A DNA stretch of 64,000 nucleotides from a virus, in the IMG/VR virus record IMGVR_UViG_3300005805_000056, positions 1-64,000 of that record. The stretch is one strand, 5' to 3'. Under the pieces are notes generated by a model that was not told where the DNA came from, ran no database searches, and saw only the letters and a program-made list of their open reading frames with translations. Positions 18,693 through 28,151 of this stretch are shown here, in pieces; the first letter of the stretch is position 1, and every line of letters starts with the position of its first letter. A program made the translations under genes and the position numbers.

Positions 18693-19513
18693 AATACGCT
18701 GCATACATTCAAGCCACCAAAGATGACTTCTGCCTTTTTGAGGTTTGTAAGCGTCTTCTGGATGAAGGTCTTCAAGACTTCTTTTTCTGCGTTCCAGATG
18801 AGTACTGGAATGGCAGAATCACACCGCCTGAGGACTTGCTTCAGGTTGACAATGTGGCCAAGGAACTTAACAATCTTGGGGCTAATGCGAGAGTCAAGAC
18901 TTTTGGCGTATCAAAATACAGAAGGCTAGGCAGAAGTCTGATCGAGGTTGAGACCCACATCAGAAATGAATCAGTTCAGTGGATCAGAGAATCTGGTTTT
19001 GAGCACATCATAATCGTCGATGGCGATGAGCTGTGGAAGAAGAATTACTTCCTTAATATGAAGAGGTTTGTGGCCGATTACAAGCCCACCTCCATAGCCC
19101 TTGGAATGATACCCACCATTGGCCTTCCAGGGTATCCCATCGAAGGTGCAAAGGACATGGCCACAGCTTACATTGGGCCAGGAGTTTCTTTTGTTGAATG
19201 TCGCAAGCCCGATGGTCACAGAGGCGTTGAACTTGTGGATGTAAGAGGCATAATCCACTTCACAGCGACTCGAAAGACCATGCAGGAGATCATCGATAAG
19301 CATCGTACTTCAGGACACTATGATGACCCCTCTTATGATTTTGAAGGGTGGATTGCCAACACACTGCCGAATGTTAAACCTGGTATGTTGAACGCTCACA
19401 TGTATCGTCCATACCAAATTTGGCCCAGAGTTCGCAAGTGGACCAAGGCTGAGATAGACCAGATTCCAACGTCCATTCACCCATATTTAGACACTACTGA
19501 CATTGATGCCTGA
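18689..19513 (+). CDS. GT-A fold glycosyltransferase-like protein
   Basis: ETHIRNE...HIIIVDGDELW DxD motif; IIHF. Confidence 0.7.
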   Translation: MKYAAYIQATKDDFCLFEVCKRLLDEGLQDFFFCVPDEYWNGRITPPEDLLQVDNVAKELNNLGANARVKTFGVSKYRRLGRSLIEVETHIRNESVQWIRESGFEHIIIVDGDELWKKNYFLNMKRFVADYKPTSIALGMIPTIGLPGYPIEGAKDMATAYIGPGVSFVECRKPDGHRGVELVDVRGIIHFTATRKTMQEIIDKHRTSGHYDDPSYDFEGWIANTLPNVKPGMLNAHMYRPYQIWPRVRKWTKAEIDQIPTSIHPYLDTTDIDA

Positions 19514-19898
19514 TGTTACACGATCATTGAGTCCAGCAGTAATTGAGAGGTCCATTCTCAATTATTTGCGAAGACAGAGAGACTGGACCGGTTATCACCA
19601 GATGATCTATCGGGTCTCTAAGGAGTTAAGACCATTCACTTACAAGGTGGATGGCACAAAACTTGCTGTCTTTAGATGTTGTGCCGACTTGCTTAAAAGC
19701 CACATTATCTTTAGAAGAAAAGCCAGAATAGGAGCTAGAAGCTGTTGTCGTAAGACTGATATTAAGCTGCCGGACCAAGTTAGACTCAACGCTCTTTACT
19801 TGCCGAGTTCTAGTCAGCATGAAAGAGTCTTTGAAGTTTTCCAATCCCCGGTGGCTCGTAATGACAATGGCCAAGCCCGTCTTGTGGCCACGATGTGA
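19506..19898 (+). CDS. Basic hypothetical protein
   Basis: ~130-aa R/K-rich ORF coupled to upstream gene; overlaps downstream GT9 start. Confidence 0.45.
   Translation: MPDVTRSLSPAVIERSILNYLRRQRDWTGYHQMIYRVSKELRPFTYKVDGTKLAVFRCCADLLKSHIIFRRKARIGARSCCRKTDIKLPDQVRLNALYLPSSSQHERVFEVFQSPVARNDNGQARLVATM
19807..19811 (+). promoter_or_regulatory. Putative middle promoter GTTCT
   Basis: 12 nt upstream of ATG 19819. Confidence 0.55.
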
Positions 19899-21036
19899 TC
19901 AAGAGACGTGGTCTCTTACCCCTCCAAACAGATATGTAGTAAACGCTGAGTACTCCAGCCGTTTCTCTGAAGATCAGGTAGAGGAAGTTTCTGATCTCAA
20001 AGGCAGTGCATACCACAAGCCTTTTGTTGGACTGATCAACCTTAATAACTCTAAGATACTGGTTGAAAGACACCGCAGCCGTGGCATCGGTGATCTTCTT
20101 TTTCTGTCTGGTCCACTATCTTACCTCCATCACATGTCTGGTGGCACGGTAAAATTCTTTCTTAAAAGCTTGGTTGATAGAGGTTCCGTGCTGTACAACC
20201 ATCCAGCCTTGCATCTTAAGACTCCGCTCTATGGACCAACAGTCTATGACACCCTTCCTCTGTATGACTACCACTGGTTTATTGAGTCAGTGACTGAATT
20301 TAACGAGGACCGAGAACAGCCTAACGTCTACGATGTGCTCTACAGACAGATTGGCTTTGATCCAAAAACAATCGATCCAGTCTACAAGAGACCGTCTGTG
20401 GGTTTTGATGAGTCAGACACTCGTGGCTTACACGCTTTCTATCACGCCATCTGGTCTGAGAAGCAAATAGACCTTAGGTCTGAGCCATATTATGTTGTAG
20501 CTCCGTTCTCTCATGGAGTCGTAAGATCAGCTCCTTATGGTTTGTGGTTGAACCTAATCCACGAACTTTCCCAGAATCATCCCGTGCTCATCATTGGTTC
20601 ATTGCGCCATGAGTTGCCAGACATGGACATGCCTGCTGGTGAATTTGTTCAACGGCTAAGAATGATGAGTCAACAGCAGGCTAAGATCATCAACCTCATA
20701 AGTGATCTTCCCTTGCGTTCTGTTCTCACCATAATTTCAAAGTCCAAGTGTGTCTTCTGCCTGGACTCAGCACCACTTTACATGGCACAAGCCTGTAGAG
20801 TTCCAGCTATTTCTGTGTGGGGACCTCATTCACCTCGTGTCCGTATAGGCTATGACAAGGCCTACATGGACTTGGCTATCCATGCAAAGGAGGCCTGTCC
20901 AAACAGTCCATGTTTTGCATATTCAGGATTTCCTGAGAGAAAGTGTCCCGAGCAGGAAGCCCAGAAATTTTGTGCAGTTCTCGCTAATGTTGGTGTCAAC
21001 GACATCATGGAAAAACTAAGTCTGTTAGAGCAATGA
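19819..21036 (+). CDS. Glycosyltransferase family 9 (heptosyltransferase-like, GT-B)
   Basis: RGIGDLLF, CLDSAPLYMAQACRVPAISVWGP, C-terminal CPNSPC...C. Confidence 0.88.
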   Translation: MKESLKFSNPRWLVMTMAKPVLWPRCDQETWSLTPPNRYVVNAEYSSRFSEDQVEEVSDLKGSAYHKPFVGLINLNNSKILVERHRSRGIGDLLFLSGPLSYLHHMSGGTVKFFLKSLVDRGSVLYNHPALHLKTPLYGPTVYDTLPLYDYHWFIESVTEFNEDREQPNVYDVLYRQIGFDPKTIDPVYKRPSVGFDESDTRGLHAFYHAIWSEKQIDLRSEPYYVVAPFSHGVVRSAPYGLWLNLIHELSQNHPVLIIGSLRHELPDMDMPAGEFVQRLRMMSQQQAKIINLISDLPLRSVLTIISKSKCVFCLDSAPLYMAQACRVPAISVWGPHSPRVRIGYDKAYMDLAIHAKEACPNSPCFAYSGFPERKCPEQEAQKFCAVLANVGVNDIMEKLSLLEQ

Positions 21037-21491
21037 GTGACCACACTCTTCCTGAATTGGGAATCATAGATCTAGGTTCTGAGTTTACTCTGAACCTAGA
21101 TGTCTTCCTAAAGCATCCATACGAAGAGATTGGCGAAGCTGCAGTCGAGCTTCCAGCCATCATCGAATGGGTCAATCAACAGTTGCAGTGGGTCATTGAA
21201 CAAAAGGGAATCAAGAAGCAAGAGGTCAAAACAGTAAGAGCTCAGGCCTTTGTTCGACTTAAGAATGGAAAAGCTCAAGATGAGATTCCAGGAAAAGTCT
21301 CTGAGAACGCCATTGAGCAATTGATAGAGATCGACGCTGATGTGATTAGAGTCAATGAGGAACTTTCCAAGATCTTGGGATGGTCATCCAGACTCAGCAA
21401 TCTCCTATATGTTCTGCAAGCCAAATTAGACTTAGTCCGTTCAACTGAATCGACACGTAGAAAACTAATAACAGGAAACGACGATGAGTAA
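21033..21491 (+). CDS. uvsY: Recombination mediator, UvsY-like
   Basis: 152-aa helical protein (SENAIEQLIEIDADV) directly upstream of SSB and UvsX. Confidence 0.6.
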   Translation: MSDHTLPELGIIDLGSEFTLNLDVFLKHPYEEIGEAAVELPAIIEWVNQQLQWVIEQKGIKKQEVKTVRAQAFVRLKNGKAQDEIPGKVSENAIEQLIEIDADVIRVNEELSKILGWSSRLSNLLYVLQAKLDLVRSTESTRRKLITGNDDE

Positions 21492-22851
21492 CCAGTACAG
21501 TCCAGACAACTACGGCGATGACATCTTTGATGACATCGAGAAGGAGCGTAAAGCAGCCTCTAACAAGCGTGATGATAACCAGATCAAGCTTGAGAAAGAG
21601 GGCGATTTGTGGATGATCAGATTCCTTCCAGCACTTCTAGGTGAGCGCAAGACTTTCTTTGCCCGTATTGCCCAACACTGGGTCAACAAACGCCCGCACT
21701 TCTGTGCTCGCTCCACTCCTCCTGAGTGTGGTGGCAACCCAGATTCTCACTGCCCACTCTGCGATCTCAGTGAGCAGTTTCGTGAGAACTCCAATCGTGA
21801 TATCTCGACTGTTGGCTACAAAGCTTCGGCTAACAGCCAGTGGCTGACTTACGCTTTGGTGTGGTCTAAGGAAAGCAAAGGGCAAGAGCCATTCTACCCA
21901 GAGGGTGATGAGCAGTGGACACCCTATCGTTTCTGGCTGAATAAGACCAATTTCACTGAGCTTGTTGAGTACTGGAAGCGGTATCGTGATCGTCTTGCCA
22001 AAGACAAAAATCCGTCGGCCAACAACAGCATCTTGGATCCAGAGATCGGTGTTGACTTTGTGGTCAAGCGAGCTAACAACAAGATTAGCCTCCAAAAGGA
22101 TGAGTCTCGTTCGATCTTCCCTCAAGACTATACCAGAGAAGATCGCGTTAACTTGATGGCCTACATCCACAGCCGTATCAAGATGCCGACTTACCGACCT
22201 CTTGGCTCGGACGAAATGGATGCTGCTTGCCAAAAGCTTGAAGAGGCTGTGAGACGAGTTGAGATTGCCACTCCAACCCGTAGACCAGCCCCAAGACACG
22301 TCGATGATGCTCCGGCTCCTCGTCCTTCAGCCAGACCTCCAGCTCCTCGTCCTTCGGCTCCGGCTCCTCGTGTTCAACAGCATGATGATCTGGATCAAGA
22401 GGAAGCTCCAGCTCCAGCCCCTCGTGCTCCAGCTCCAAGAGTTCCAGCCCCTCGTCCTCAATTGCCACCAGCAGCTCCTCGCTCTGTACCGTCAGCTCGT
22501 CCTGCCCCTAGAGCTCAGGCTCCAGCCCCAGCAGATGATGACGATGTTCCATTTGACTTCCAGGAACCTGCTGAAGCTCCAGCTCAAGCGCCAGTTCAAA
22601 CACCATCCAATCGTCTGCGTCAAGCAGCTCGTCAGGTTACTGAGCCAGAAGCGCCCAGATCATCCGGAGTATCATCTGTTGATGATGACGATGATGTGAC
22701 TGATGAGGTCCGTGATCCTGTGCCTCAAGCTCACGTGGACGATATCAGCATCGAGGATGCTCCTCCTGCCCCAGTTGAGAAGGTCCAGACACGTCCTTCG
22801 TCTCGCATGTCGGACAAACTTCGCAGTGCAATTAGCCGTACTCAGCAATGA
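21484..22851 (+). CDS. Single-stranded DNA-binding protein, T4 gp32-like, with long disordered tail
   Basis: IRFLPA, HW..C......G..CPLC Zn motif, ILDPEIGVDFVVK; P/A/R-rich C-terminal half. Confidence 0.8.
   Translation: MSNQYSPDNYGDDIFDDIEKERKAASNKRDDNQIKLEKEGDLWMIRFLPALLGERKTFFARIAQHWVNKRPHFCARSTPPECGGNPDSHCPLCDLSEQFRENSNRDISTVGYKASANSQWLTYALVWSKESKGQEPFYPEGDEQWTPYRFWLNKTNFTELVEYWKRYRDRLAKDKNPSANNSILDPEIGVDFVVKRANNKISLQKDESRSIFPQDYTREDRVNLMAYIHSRIKMPTYRPLGSDEMDAACQKLEEAVRRVEIATPTRRPAPRHVDDAPAPRPSARPPAPRPSAPAPRVQQHDDLDQEEAPAPAPRAPAPRVPAPRPQLPPAAPRSVPSARPAPRAQAPAPADDDDVPFDFQEPAEAPAQAPVQTPSNRLRQAARQVTEPEAPRSSGVSSVDDDDDVTDEVRDPVPQAHVDDISIEDAPPAPVEKVQTRPSSRMSDKLRSAISRTQQ
22270..22590 (+). repeat. 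Imperfect coding repeats (PAPR/APAP; GCTCCAGC/CCTCGT units)
   Basis: Repeated CCAGCTCC/CCTCGT words encoding PAPRP/APAP within the SSB tail. Confidence 0.7.
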
Positions 22852-24155
22852 AAAAACCGTCGCTACCCCAAGTCAAGGACAAGGTCCTTGCAGCCCTTCA
22901 GAAACTTACTTCAGACAAGAAGGGTGATCCACTGGCCGAATTCGGCCGTATGTCTTCGTCTATCCTATCAGACGTTAGGCATGTCCTCATGATTGACAAC
23001 AAGGTGTATGATGCCGTGACAGGCGCATTGCCTTTTGGTCGTATCATTGAGGTTTATGGAATCGATGCGTCAGGCAAGACAGCATTAGCCAAGAAGGCTG
23101 GCATCAGTGCTCAGCTTAAAAACATCTATAAGCGTGTGGTAACCTTTGGCACTGATAATGTCAAGAGGACGACTTATGAAAAACTGGATCCGGAGAAAAT
23201 TGACACCCACGTGCTCTACATTGACAATGAGCAATCTTTCTCTGATGACAACTCATTGACCATTGATGGTGTCAAAGCTGACTTCATTCTTGGTCGTTGT
23301 GACACCATTGGCCAGATCTTCGATGCCATTGAGCGTATCGTCAAGGTTGTTGAGGAGAGTTCCAAGGACACAGATCGTGAACAGTTCATCTTTGTGGTGA
23401 TCGACACGATCGCATCAACATCCACTGAGCAGGAGCTTAACCAGGAATGGGGACAGCAGGACTTCTCAAGACATGCAAAGGAGCTACGCTCTGCGTTCCG
23501 GAGAGTCTCCAGAGCGATCAATAAGCACAATGTCTGCCTGCTCTGCATCAACCAGGTCTCTGATTCTTTTGCTCAAAAGATGAAGAAGAACCCAAATGCT
23601 CTGCCAGATGAGAATGATTATGCTACATTTGGTGGCAGAGCCTTGAAGTTCTACGCGTCTCAGCGTATCTTCGTGCAAAAAGTGCCTAAGAAGTACAAGC
23701 TACACCCAGACAATAAGCTTGAGGATGGTCTCTTGATTGAGATGAAGACGGTCAAGAATCGAGTCAAGAAGCCATTGAGAAAAGGCCGAATGGTTTTGTT
23801 GTTTGGTGATGAGAATAGCGCGGGTGGTGGTTTCAGCGAAACCTTCTCCATGCTAGAAACCTTCATCATGCTAGATATGGCCAAGGATGAATCTGGAACT
23901 ATCTCTTTCAGATTCCAAGCAAATGGAGTAACACCAACCACATTTGAGTCTAAGAGGGCCAATCCTTCAATAGACTCTCGAATTGACTGGCCTGCATTCT
24001 ACAACGAGCACAAGGTCGACTTTGATGCCTTGTGGGCTGCTACAGAGAAAAAGATATTCTCCTCTGAAGCCCAGATTGATGCGTTGGCGTCTGATGACGA
24101 CGATGATGAAATGTTTGGCCGCAAGAAAACTGATGATGACGAGGATCTTATCTAA
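22848..24155 (+). CDS. uvsX: RecA/UvsX recombinase
   Basis: LPFGRIIEVYGIDASGKT Walker A, YIDNEQ, VVIDTIA, INQV, TFGGRALKFYASQRI, VKNRV. Confidence 0.93.
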   Translation: MKKPSLPQVKDKVLAALQKLTSDKKGDPLAEFGRMSSSILSDVRHVLMIDNKVYDAVTGALPFGRIIEVYGIDASGKTALAKKAGISAQLKNIYKRVVTFGTDNVKRTTYEKLDPEKIDTHVLYIDNEQSFSDDNSLTIDGVKADFILGRCDTIGQIFDAIERIVKVVEESSKDTDREQFIFVVIDTIASTSTEQELNQEWGQQDFSRHAKELRSAFRRVSRAINKHNVCLLCINQVSDSFAQKMKKNPNALPDENDYATFGGRALKFYASQRIFVQKVPKKYKLHPDNKLEDGLLIEMKTVKNRVKKPLRKGRMVLLFGDENSAGGGFSETFSMLETFIMLDMAKDESGTISFRFQANGVTPTTFESKRANPSIDSRIDWPAFYNEHKVDFDALWAATEKKIFSSEAQIDALASDDDDDEMFGRKKTDDDEDLI

Positions 24156-24622
24156 TGCCTACTGAGTACGAACAAAGCTCTGAGCTTGAACAGCTTGTCA
24201 ACGACGTGCTGTCTGAGTCAGATTTCACAGCTCTGGTAACCCACGGAGTTTCAATCACGTCTTGCCTAAAAATCAAGATGAACAGCGACAACGAGTATGT
24301 GGCCAGCAAGGGAGATCCTGCTCAGCTAAAGAAAGTTGGTGCACCATTCAATGCTTTTATTGACAAGCATTACATCGTAGTTTTTGATGCTTATGCGTGG
24401 CAAAACTTTCCAGCCAAGCGTGAGGCGGCCATTCATAAGGCTTTGATGCGCATATCCATCAAGTTGACAGACAGTGGTGAAGTAAAGCTTGGAAGTCGAT
24501 CACCAGATGTACAGGAGTTTACAGCCACCGTTCGTCGATATGGCAACTACAACCCAGAGCTGGAAGCACTGTCGATGGCCAACGCTGAGCTTAATCGTAT
24601 CATGGGAAACAGCAATAGTTGA
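24155..24622 (+). CDS. Phage metallopeptidase-like protein (degenerate active site)
   Basis: W....REAAIHKALMRI...PDVQEFTATVRRYG resembles the family pattern HEL.H...HD.EEF..VV.RYG. Confidence 0.6.
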   Translation: MPTEYEQSSELEQLVNDVLSESDFTALVTHGVSITSCLKIKMNSDNEYVASKGDPAQLKKVGAPFNAFIDKHYIVVFDAYAWQNFPAKREAAIHKALMRISIKLTDSGEVKLGSRSPDVQEFTATVRRYGNYNPELEALSMANAELNRIMGNSNS

Positions 24623-24679
24623 GTATTTGGGTTTACCCAACGCCACAAGTCACTAGGATCAAAAACGAAGTAAACAAAC

Positions 24680-25294
24680 ATGGACAAGAAAGAAAACGTA
24701 GTCACATTCGCCACTGTGTCAAAGATTGAAGAAATCCTTCTTAACACAGATGAGCTTAAGGGTAAGATCAACAAGTCTGAAAAGATTGATGTACCCAAGC
24801 GTGGCAGCCCCACCCCTGTAAAGGTGTTGAAATTGGCTGCTGAAGTCACCAAGAAGGTTGAGAATGCTTACGCTCCACGTAAGGACGAGGTTGTGAAACT
24901 AGCTCTTGAGCTTTTGGCAGAAGCTCAGCCAGCCACGCCAACAGAGGCTGAAGATGAGGCCCCATCGACTCCTTCGGTTGTCAAGTCCTCGGGATCCACC
25001 GCCAAATCTTCGGGAGTTCCAACAGGTACTGTTGAACACTCTGAGATTTCCAAGCGTATTGCAGCTGACCTAGAGCTGGATTTGGCCCTGGTTGAATCCA
25101 TCACTGGTGCGTTCGTAAGCCACGTTTCTGGCAGTTTTGTGCTGGGTTTGGTGGCTTTGTCCAACAGCCTGCATTTTATCGCGTCATCACATGACAAGAT
25201 GCCAGGTCACGAGGCTCGGGTAAAAGCTATTGATGACATTCGTCGTCAATATGTTGAGGCTGGAACGTTGACTTCCCGAAAGTCGCGTTCTTAG
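24680..25294 (+). CDS. Hypothetical protein
   Basis: 204-aa ORF with S/T/P linker. Confidence 0.65.
   Translation: MDKKENVVTFATVSKIEEILLNTDELKGKINKSEKIDVPKRGSPTPVKVLKLAAEVTKKVENAYAPRKDEVVKLALELLAEAQPATPTEAEDEAPSTPSVVKSSGSTAKSSGVPTGTVEHSEISKRIAADLELDLALVESITGAFVSHVSGSFVLGLVALSNSLHFIASSHDKMPGHEARVKAIDDIRRQYVEAGTLTSRKSRS
25287..25291 (+). promoter_or_regulatory. Putative middle promoter GTTCT
   Basis: 12 nt upstream of ATG 25299. Confidence 0.55.
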
Positions 25295-25298
25295 TATC

Positions 25299-26339
25299 AT
25301 GCCGAGAGTCGCCAAAGACACTAACCGAACTAAGGATGAGCACATCTTCCCAGAGTCAAAAATTCGACCATTGGTCCTTAATTGGAAAAGACTGATAGAC
25401 GAAGACAAGACCTGGGAAGCAATGGACCTCCTTGAGGTTATCATTGCCGACTCCACCGAGATGTTTAAGCGTCTCGCACAGCATGAAAAATTCCATCATA
25501 CCGTACCACTAGACTCATTGGTGGTAGCAGCACAGGAGAAAATTCCTAAATGGCTCATGAAATGGGACCCCGCTAAGGGGTCCCTTTTTTCGTGGCTGTC
25601 TACTTGTGCTAAGAATGTCTTCAGATCCGAGCTAGTAAAGACCACAACATTTACCAAGCGTGTTCATTGCACAGACGATGATGCTGCGCTTGAGCGACTT
25701 TCTGGGTTTACAGATGACGGTCAAGACGCCAAAGATAGATCAGACGCCATTCTGACTAAGATCCGAGGGATCAGTGCTCCATGGGCGTCTGAGGAGATGA
25801 GGGGTGCCATACGTTACATGATTGAATGTATCATGGAAGATGATCACAGAAGACAAGACTGCATTCGTGGTGCAGCTTTTGCCTGGGGTCTTAGCATGGA
25901 CACATCCAAGTTCCTCTACTCTTGGACTCACGTACAGATCAAAACTGAGCTATACGATGAAAAGTATGTACGTTTCACAGATCAAGATCTATTCATGGCC
26001 CAGTACCGAAATACCATATGGCCACAAGTCATTGATATTGTCGGTTGGAAGCCAGCCCTAAAGTTATTTGCTTGTGTTGGAGGCCAGAGATTGAAAGTCC
26101 TAACCATTGCTGAGATAGCTCGGATGAAGCAGCAGGGTCAGATGGTTCAGGAGATACTAAACTCTGACAAGGATCCAGATGCTATCGCTAAGATAGCAAA
26201 ACGCTTTGGTAAAACAGAAAAATCTGCTACAGATGTCTTTGTGACCATGACAGGTATCATGAATCCAATGATGTCTGGAGAGTTCCCCGTATATGATGAC
26301 TACCCACCCGAAGACAGAGAAGAGGATGACCTCCTATGA
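25299..26339 (+). CDS. Sigma-factor-like protein (region 2, gp55-like) fused to a Mor-like C-terminal domain
   Basis: KWDPAKGSLFSWLSTCAKNVFRSEL (sigma region 2.3-2.4 pattern); IDIVGWKPALKLFACVGGQRLKV plus HTH-like end (Mor/C pattern). Confidence 0.65.
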   Translation: MPRVAKDTNRTKDEHIFPESKIRPLVLNWKRLIDEDKTWEAMDLLEVIIADSTEMFKRLAQHEKFHHTVPLDSLVVAAQEKIPKWLMKWDPAKGSLFSWLSTCAKNVFRSELVKTTTFTKRVHCTDDDAALERLSGFTDDGQDAKDRSDAILTKIRGISAPWASEEMRGAIRYMIECIMEDDHRRQDCIRGAAFAWGLSMDTSKFLYSWTHVQIKTELYDEKYVRFTDQDLFMAQYRNTIWPQVIDIVGWKPALKLFACVGGQRLKVLTIAEIARMKQQGQMVQEILNSDKDPDAIAKIAKRFGKTEKSATDVFVTMTGIMNPMMSGEFPVYDDYPPEDREEDDLL

Positions 26340-27834
26340 GGATGTCATAGACTACAAAATGTTAGACAGGGATGCACGACTTCATTGTGTGCATCCATGC
26401 GATTTCGAAAATCGCCCAACTGTTTTTGAAGAGATTTCCTCAGACACTGAGAATCTGATTCAAAATGTAATTCGGCCATACATTGATCCTGGCTGTGTCA
26501 ACCTCACCGAAGAGGAGTTGAGGTCAGAGTGTCGTGTCAAAATTGGTGTCTTGTTCCACAATGGAAAACACATGGAAATTAGCAGCCGGTTTGAATTTTT
26601 CAAGTATCTCAAAACTGCTCTGAACAACCATGTTAAGGGACAAGTTCAACGCCACAGATTTACATTGAAAAGAACTGGCATTCGTCCACCGGAAAAGGGT
26701 GACTTCCTTACTGAACACCACAAGCCTATTGAGATTTCCATCGATGATCCTGAGGCACGTCTGCAAGTTGAGTCACGTCTGGAGTGTCCAGAGTCAGACA
26801 ATCACTTTGGGTCATTTGGTGCTGAACTTCTTGAGGACTTGCGTTCTGTGTTGACACCCCTTGAATCGCTGGTTGTTCAACAGCTTAGCGCACCAAACGC
26901 GGCAGCAGTTCTATCCGCTAAGTATGAGATGTGGGGCGACATGGCCAAACATGGCCGTAACTCCAATCTTAAAGTCCATTACTCCCATATGGCCAGTGGA
27001 CTGGGTATGTCCACTGAACATTTTATGGAAGTACGCAAACAGGTTATAGCTAAAATCAAAGTCTTTATGTTAACATCCTCTGAAGATTATTCATGGAATG
27101 CCTCAGTCGCTTTTCTATCAAAAGTGTTTGGGGTTGAGGTTCCTCGTAGCACAGACAAAGTCGTCGTAAGACGCCTTTTTAGTTTAGCCGCCCGTAACAT
27201 GTTGAGTAAGATCAACGAGGAGGTCAAGCACCATCTGTCAGTCGTCAACGCCAGACTTCCAGTCGATCAAGGACTCGCGTTGAGCTGCTTCGGTATCATG
27301 TACGAAGATCAGCATCCAAAGTGTATGGGCTGTGGAGTTAAGTCAGCCTGTGTGGTTGAGACGAGGTCTTTGGGCCTGGACAAGATCACTCCACATCCAT
27401 CTATTCTTGGAAGTCGCACAAACAGAATACCCGCAGTCAACATCGATTTGCCAACTAGTGACAACCAAGCGCCTATCCGGGCTCTTCCAACGATCCCAGT
27501 TGATGACAGTGTGAATGAGCGAAGTGTTGAAATCATCAACTTCCTTAACTCTAATTTCAAGCGAGCTGAACAGTCCAGAAAGGACAGCAGCCAGGAGAAA
27601 ATCATATCCTATGCTTTGAAGCAGGGAAGCAAGTCACCTATCTTATGGTTGAGCAAGAATCCTGATGATGGTGAATTGTCTTTGCGTTTTACCCGGCCAT
27701 CATCTCAGTTGAAGAAGAAGCTTGTGCAAGTGGCCAATGGCTATTACTTGGACAAGAATGCTTCTGTGAAGGACTCAATCAAGCTCATTGAGCAGTTGGC
27801 CAATGAAAAAATCCAGAAAGGTGACCTCGAATGA
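26326..27834 (+). CDS. ECF-like sigma factor with Cys-rich C-terminal extension
   Basis: EEELRSEC...FFKYLKTALNNHVK (region 2), EISIDD, LTPLESLVV...YSHMASGLGMS...RKQVIAKI (region 4 HTH), CFG...C..C...C. Confidence 0.55.
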   Translation: MTSYEDVIDYKMLDRDARLHCVHPCDFENRPTVFEEISSDTENLIQNVIRPYIDPGCVNLTEEELRSECRVKIGVLFHNGKHMEISSRFEFFKYLKTALNNHVKGQVQRHRFTLKRTGIRPPEKGDFLTEHHKPIEISIDDPEARLQVESRLECPESDNHFGSFGAELLEDLRSVLTPLESLVVQQLSAPNAAAVLSAKYEMWGDMAKHGRNSNLKVHYSHMASGLGMSTEHFMEVRKQVIAKIKVFMLTSSEDYSWNASVAFLSKVFGVEVPRSTDKVVVRRLFSLAARNMLSKINEEVKHHLSVVNARLPVDQGLALSCFGIMYEDQHPKCMGCGVKSACVVETRSLGLDKITPHPSILGSRTNRIPAVNIDLPTSDNQAPIRALPTIPVDDSVNERSVEIINFLNSNFKRAEQSRKDSSQEKIISYALKQGSKSPILWLSKNPDDGELSLRFTRPSSQLKKKLVQVANGYYLDKNASVKDSIKLIEQLANEKIQKGDLE

Positions 27835-28151
27835 AAACTAATCTTGACTTGCCTCGTGAGCCAGAGAATCAATTTGACTTCTTGGTTATGCTGGGCTTTT
27901 TGCGGTGGTTTGATGCACCATTCATACTTGGAATCATCACTTCGCCTATAGCCATCTTTGTGATCTACAAAGTGTGGCCAGAATCACTCACAAATGCACT
28001 TTTGGGAGGCATTCTTTTCTACTTGATGTGGATGTGTATCCTAATCTTTAGGTGCATGCACTTTGTCATTAAGAGCATTGGAGAAACCAAGAACGTTGGT
28101 TTTGAAGCAGCCAGAATGGCTGCTACCTACCTGTCTGGTGGTAAACCATGA
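27831..28151 (+). CDS. Two-TM membrane protein (holin candidate)
   Basis: Two hydrophobic segments; directly upstream of a peptidoglycan-binding-domain gene. Confidence 0.5.
   Translation: MKTNLDLPREPENQFDFLVMLGFLRWFDAPFILGIITSPIAIFVIYKVWPESLTNALLGGILFYLMWMCILIFRCMHFVIKSIGETKNVGFEAARMAATYLSGGKP

Noticed and set aside
22259-22699. Alternative-frame Leu/Gln-rich ORF and repeat-like DNA that might suggest an array
   Set aside because: Explained by PAPR coding repeats in the SSB tail; no constant repeat-spacer structure, so not CRISPR
11764-24155. Inteins or introns in ligase, helicase or UvsX
   Set aside because: Lengths and motif spacing are normal; no C...HN intein termini or interrupted frames seen
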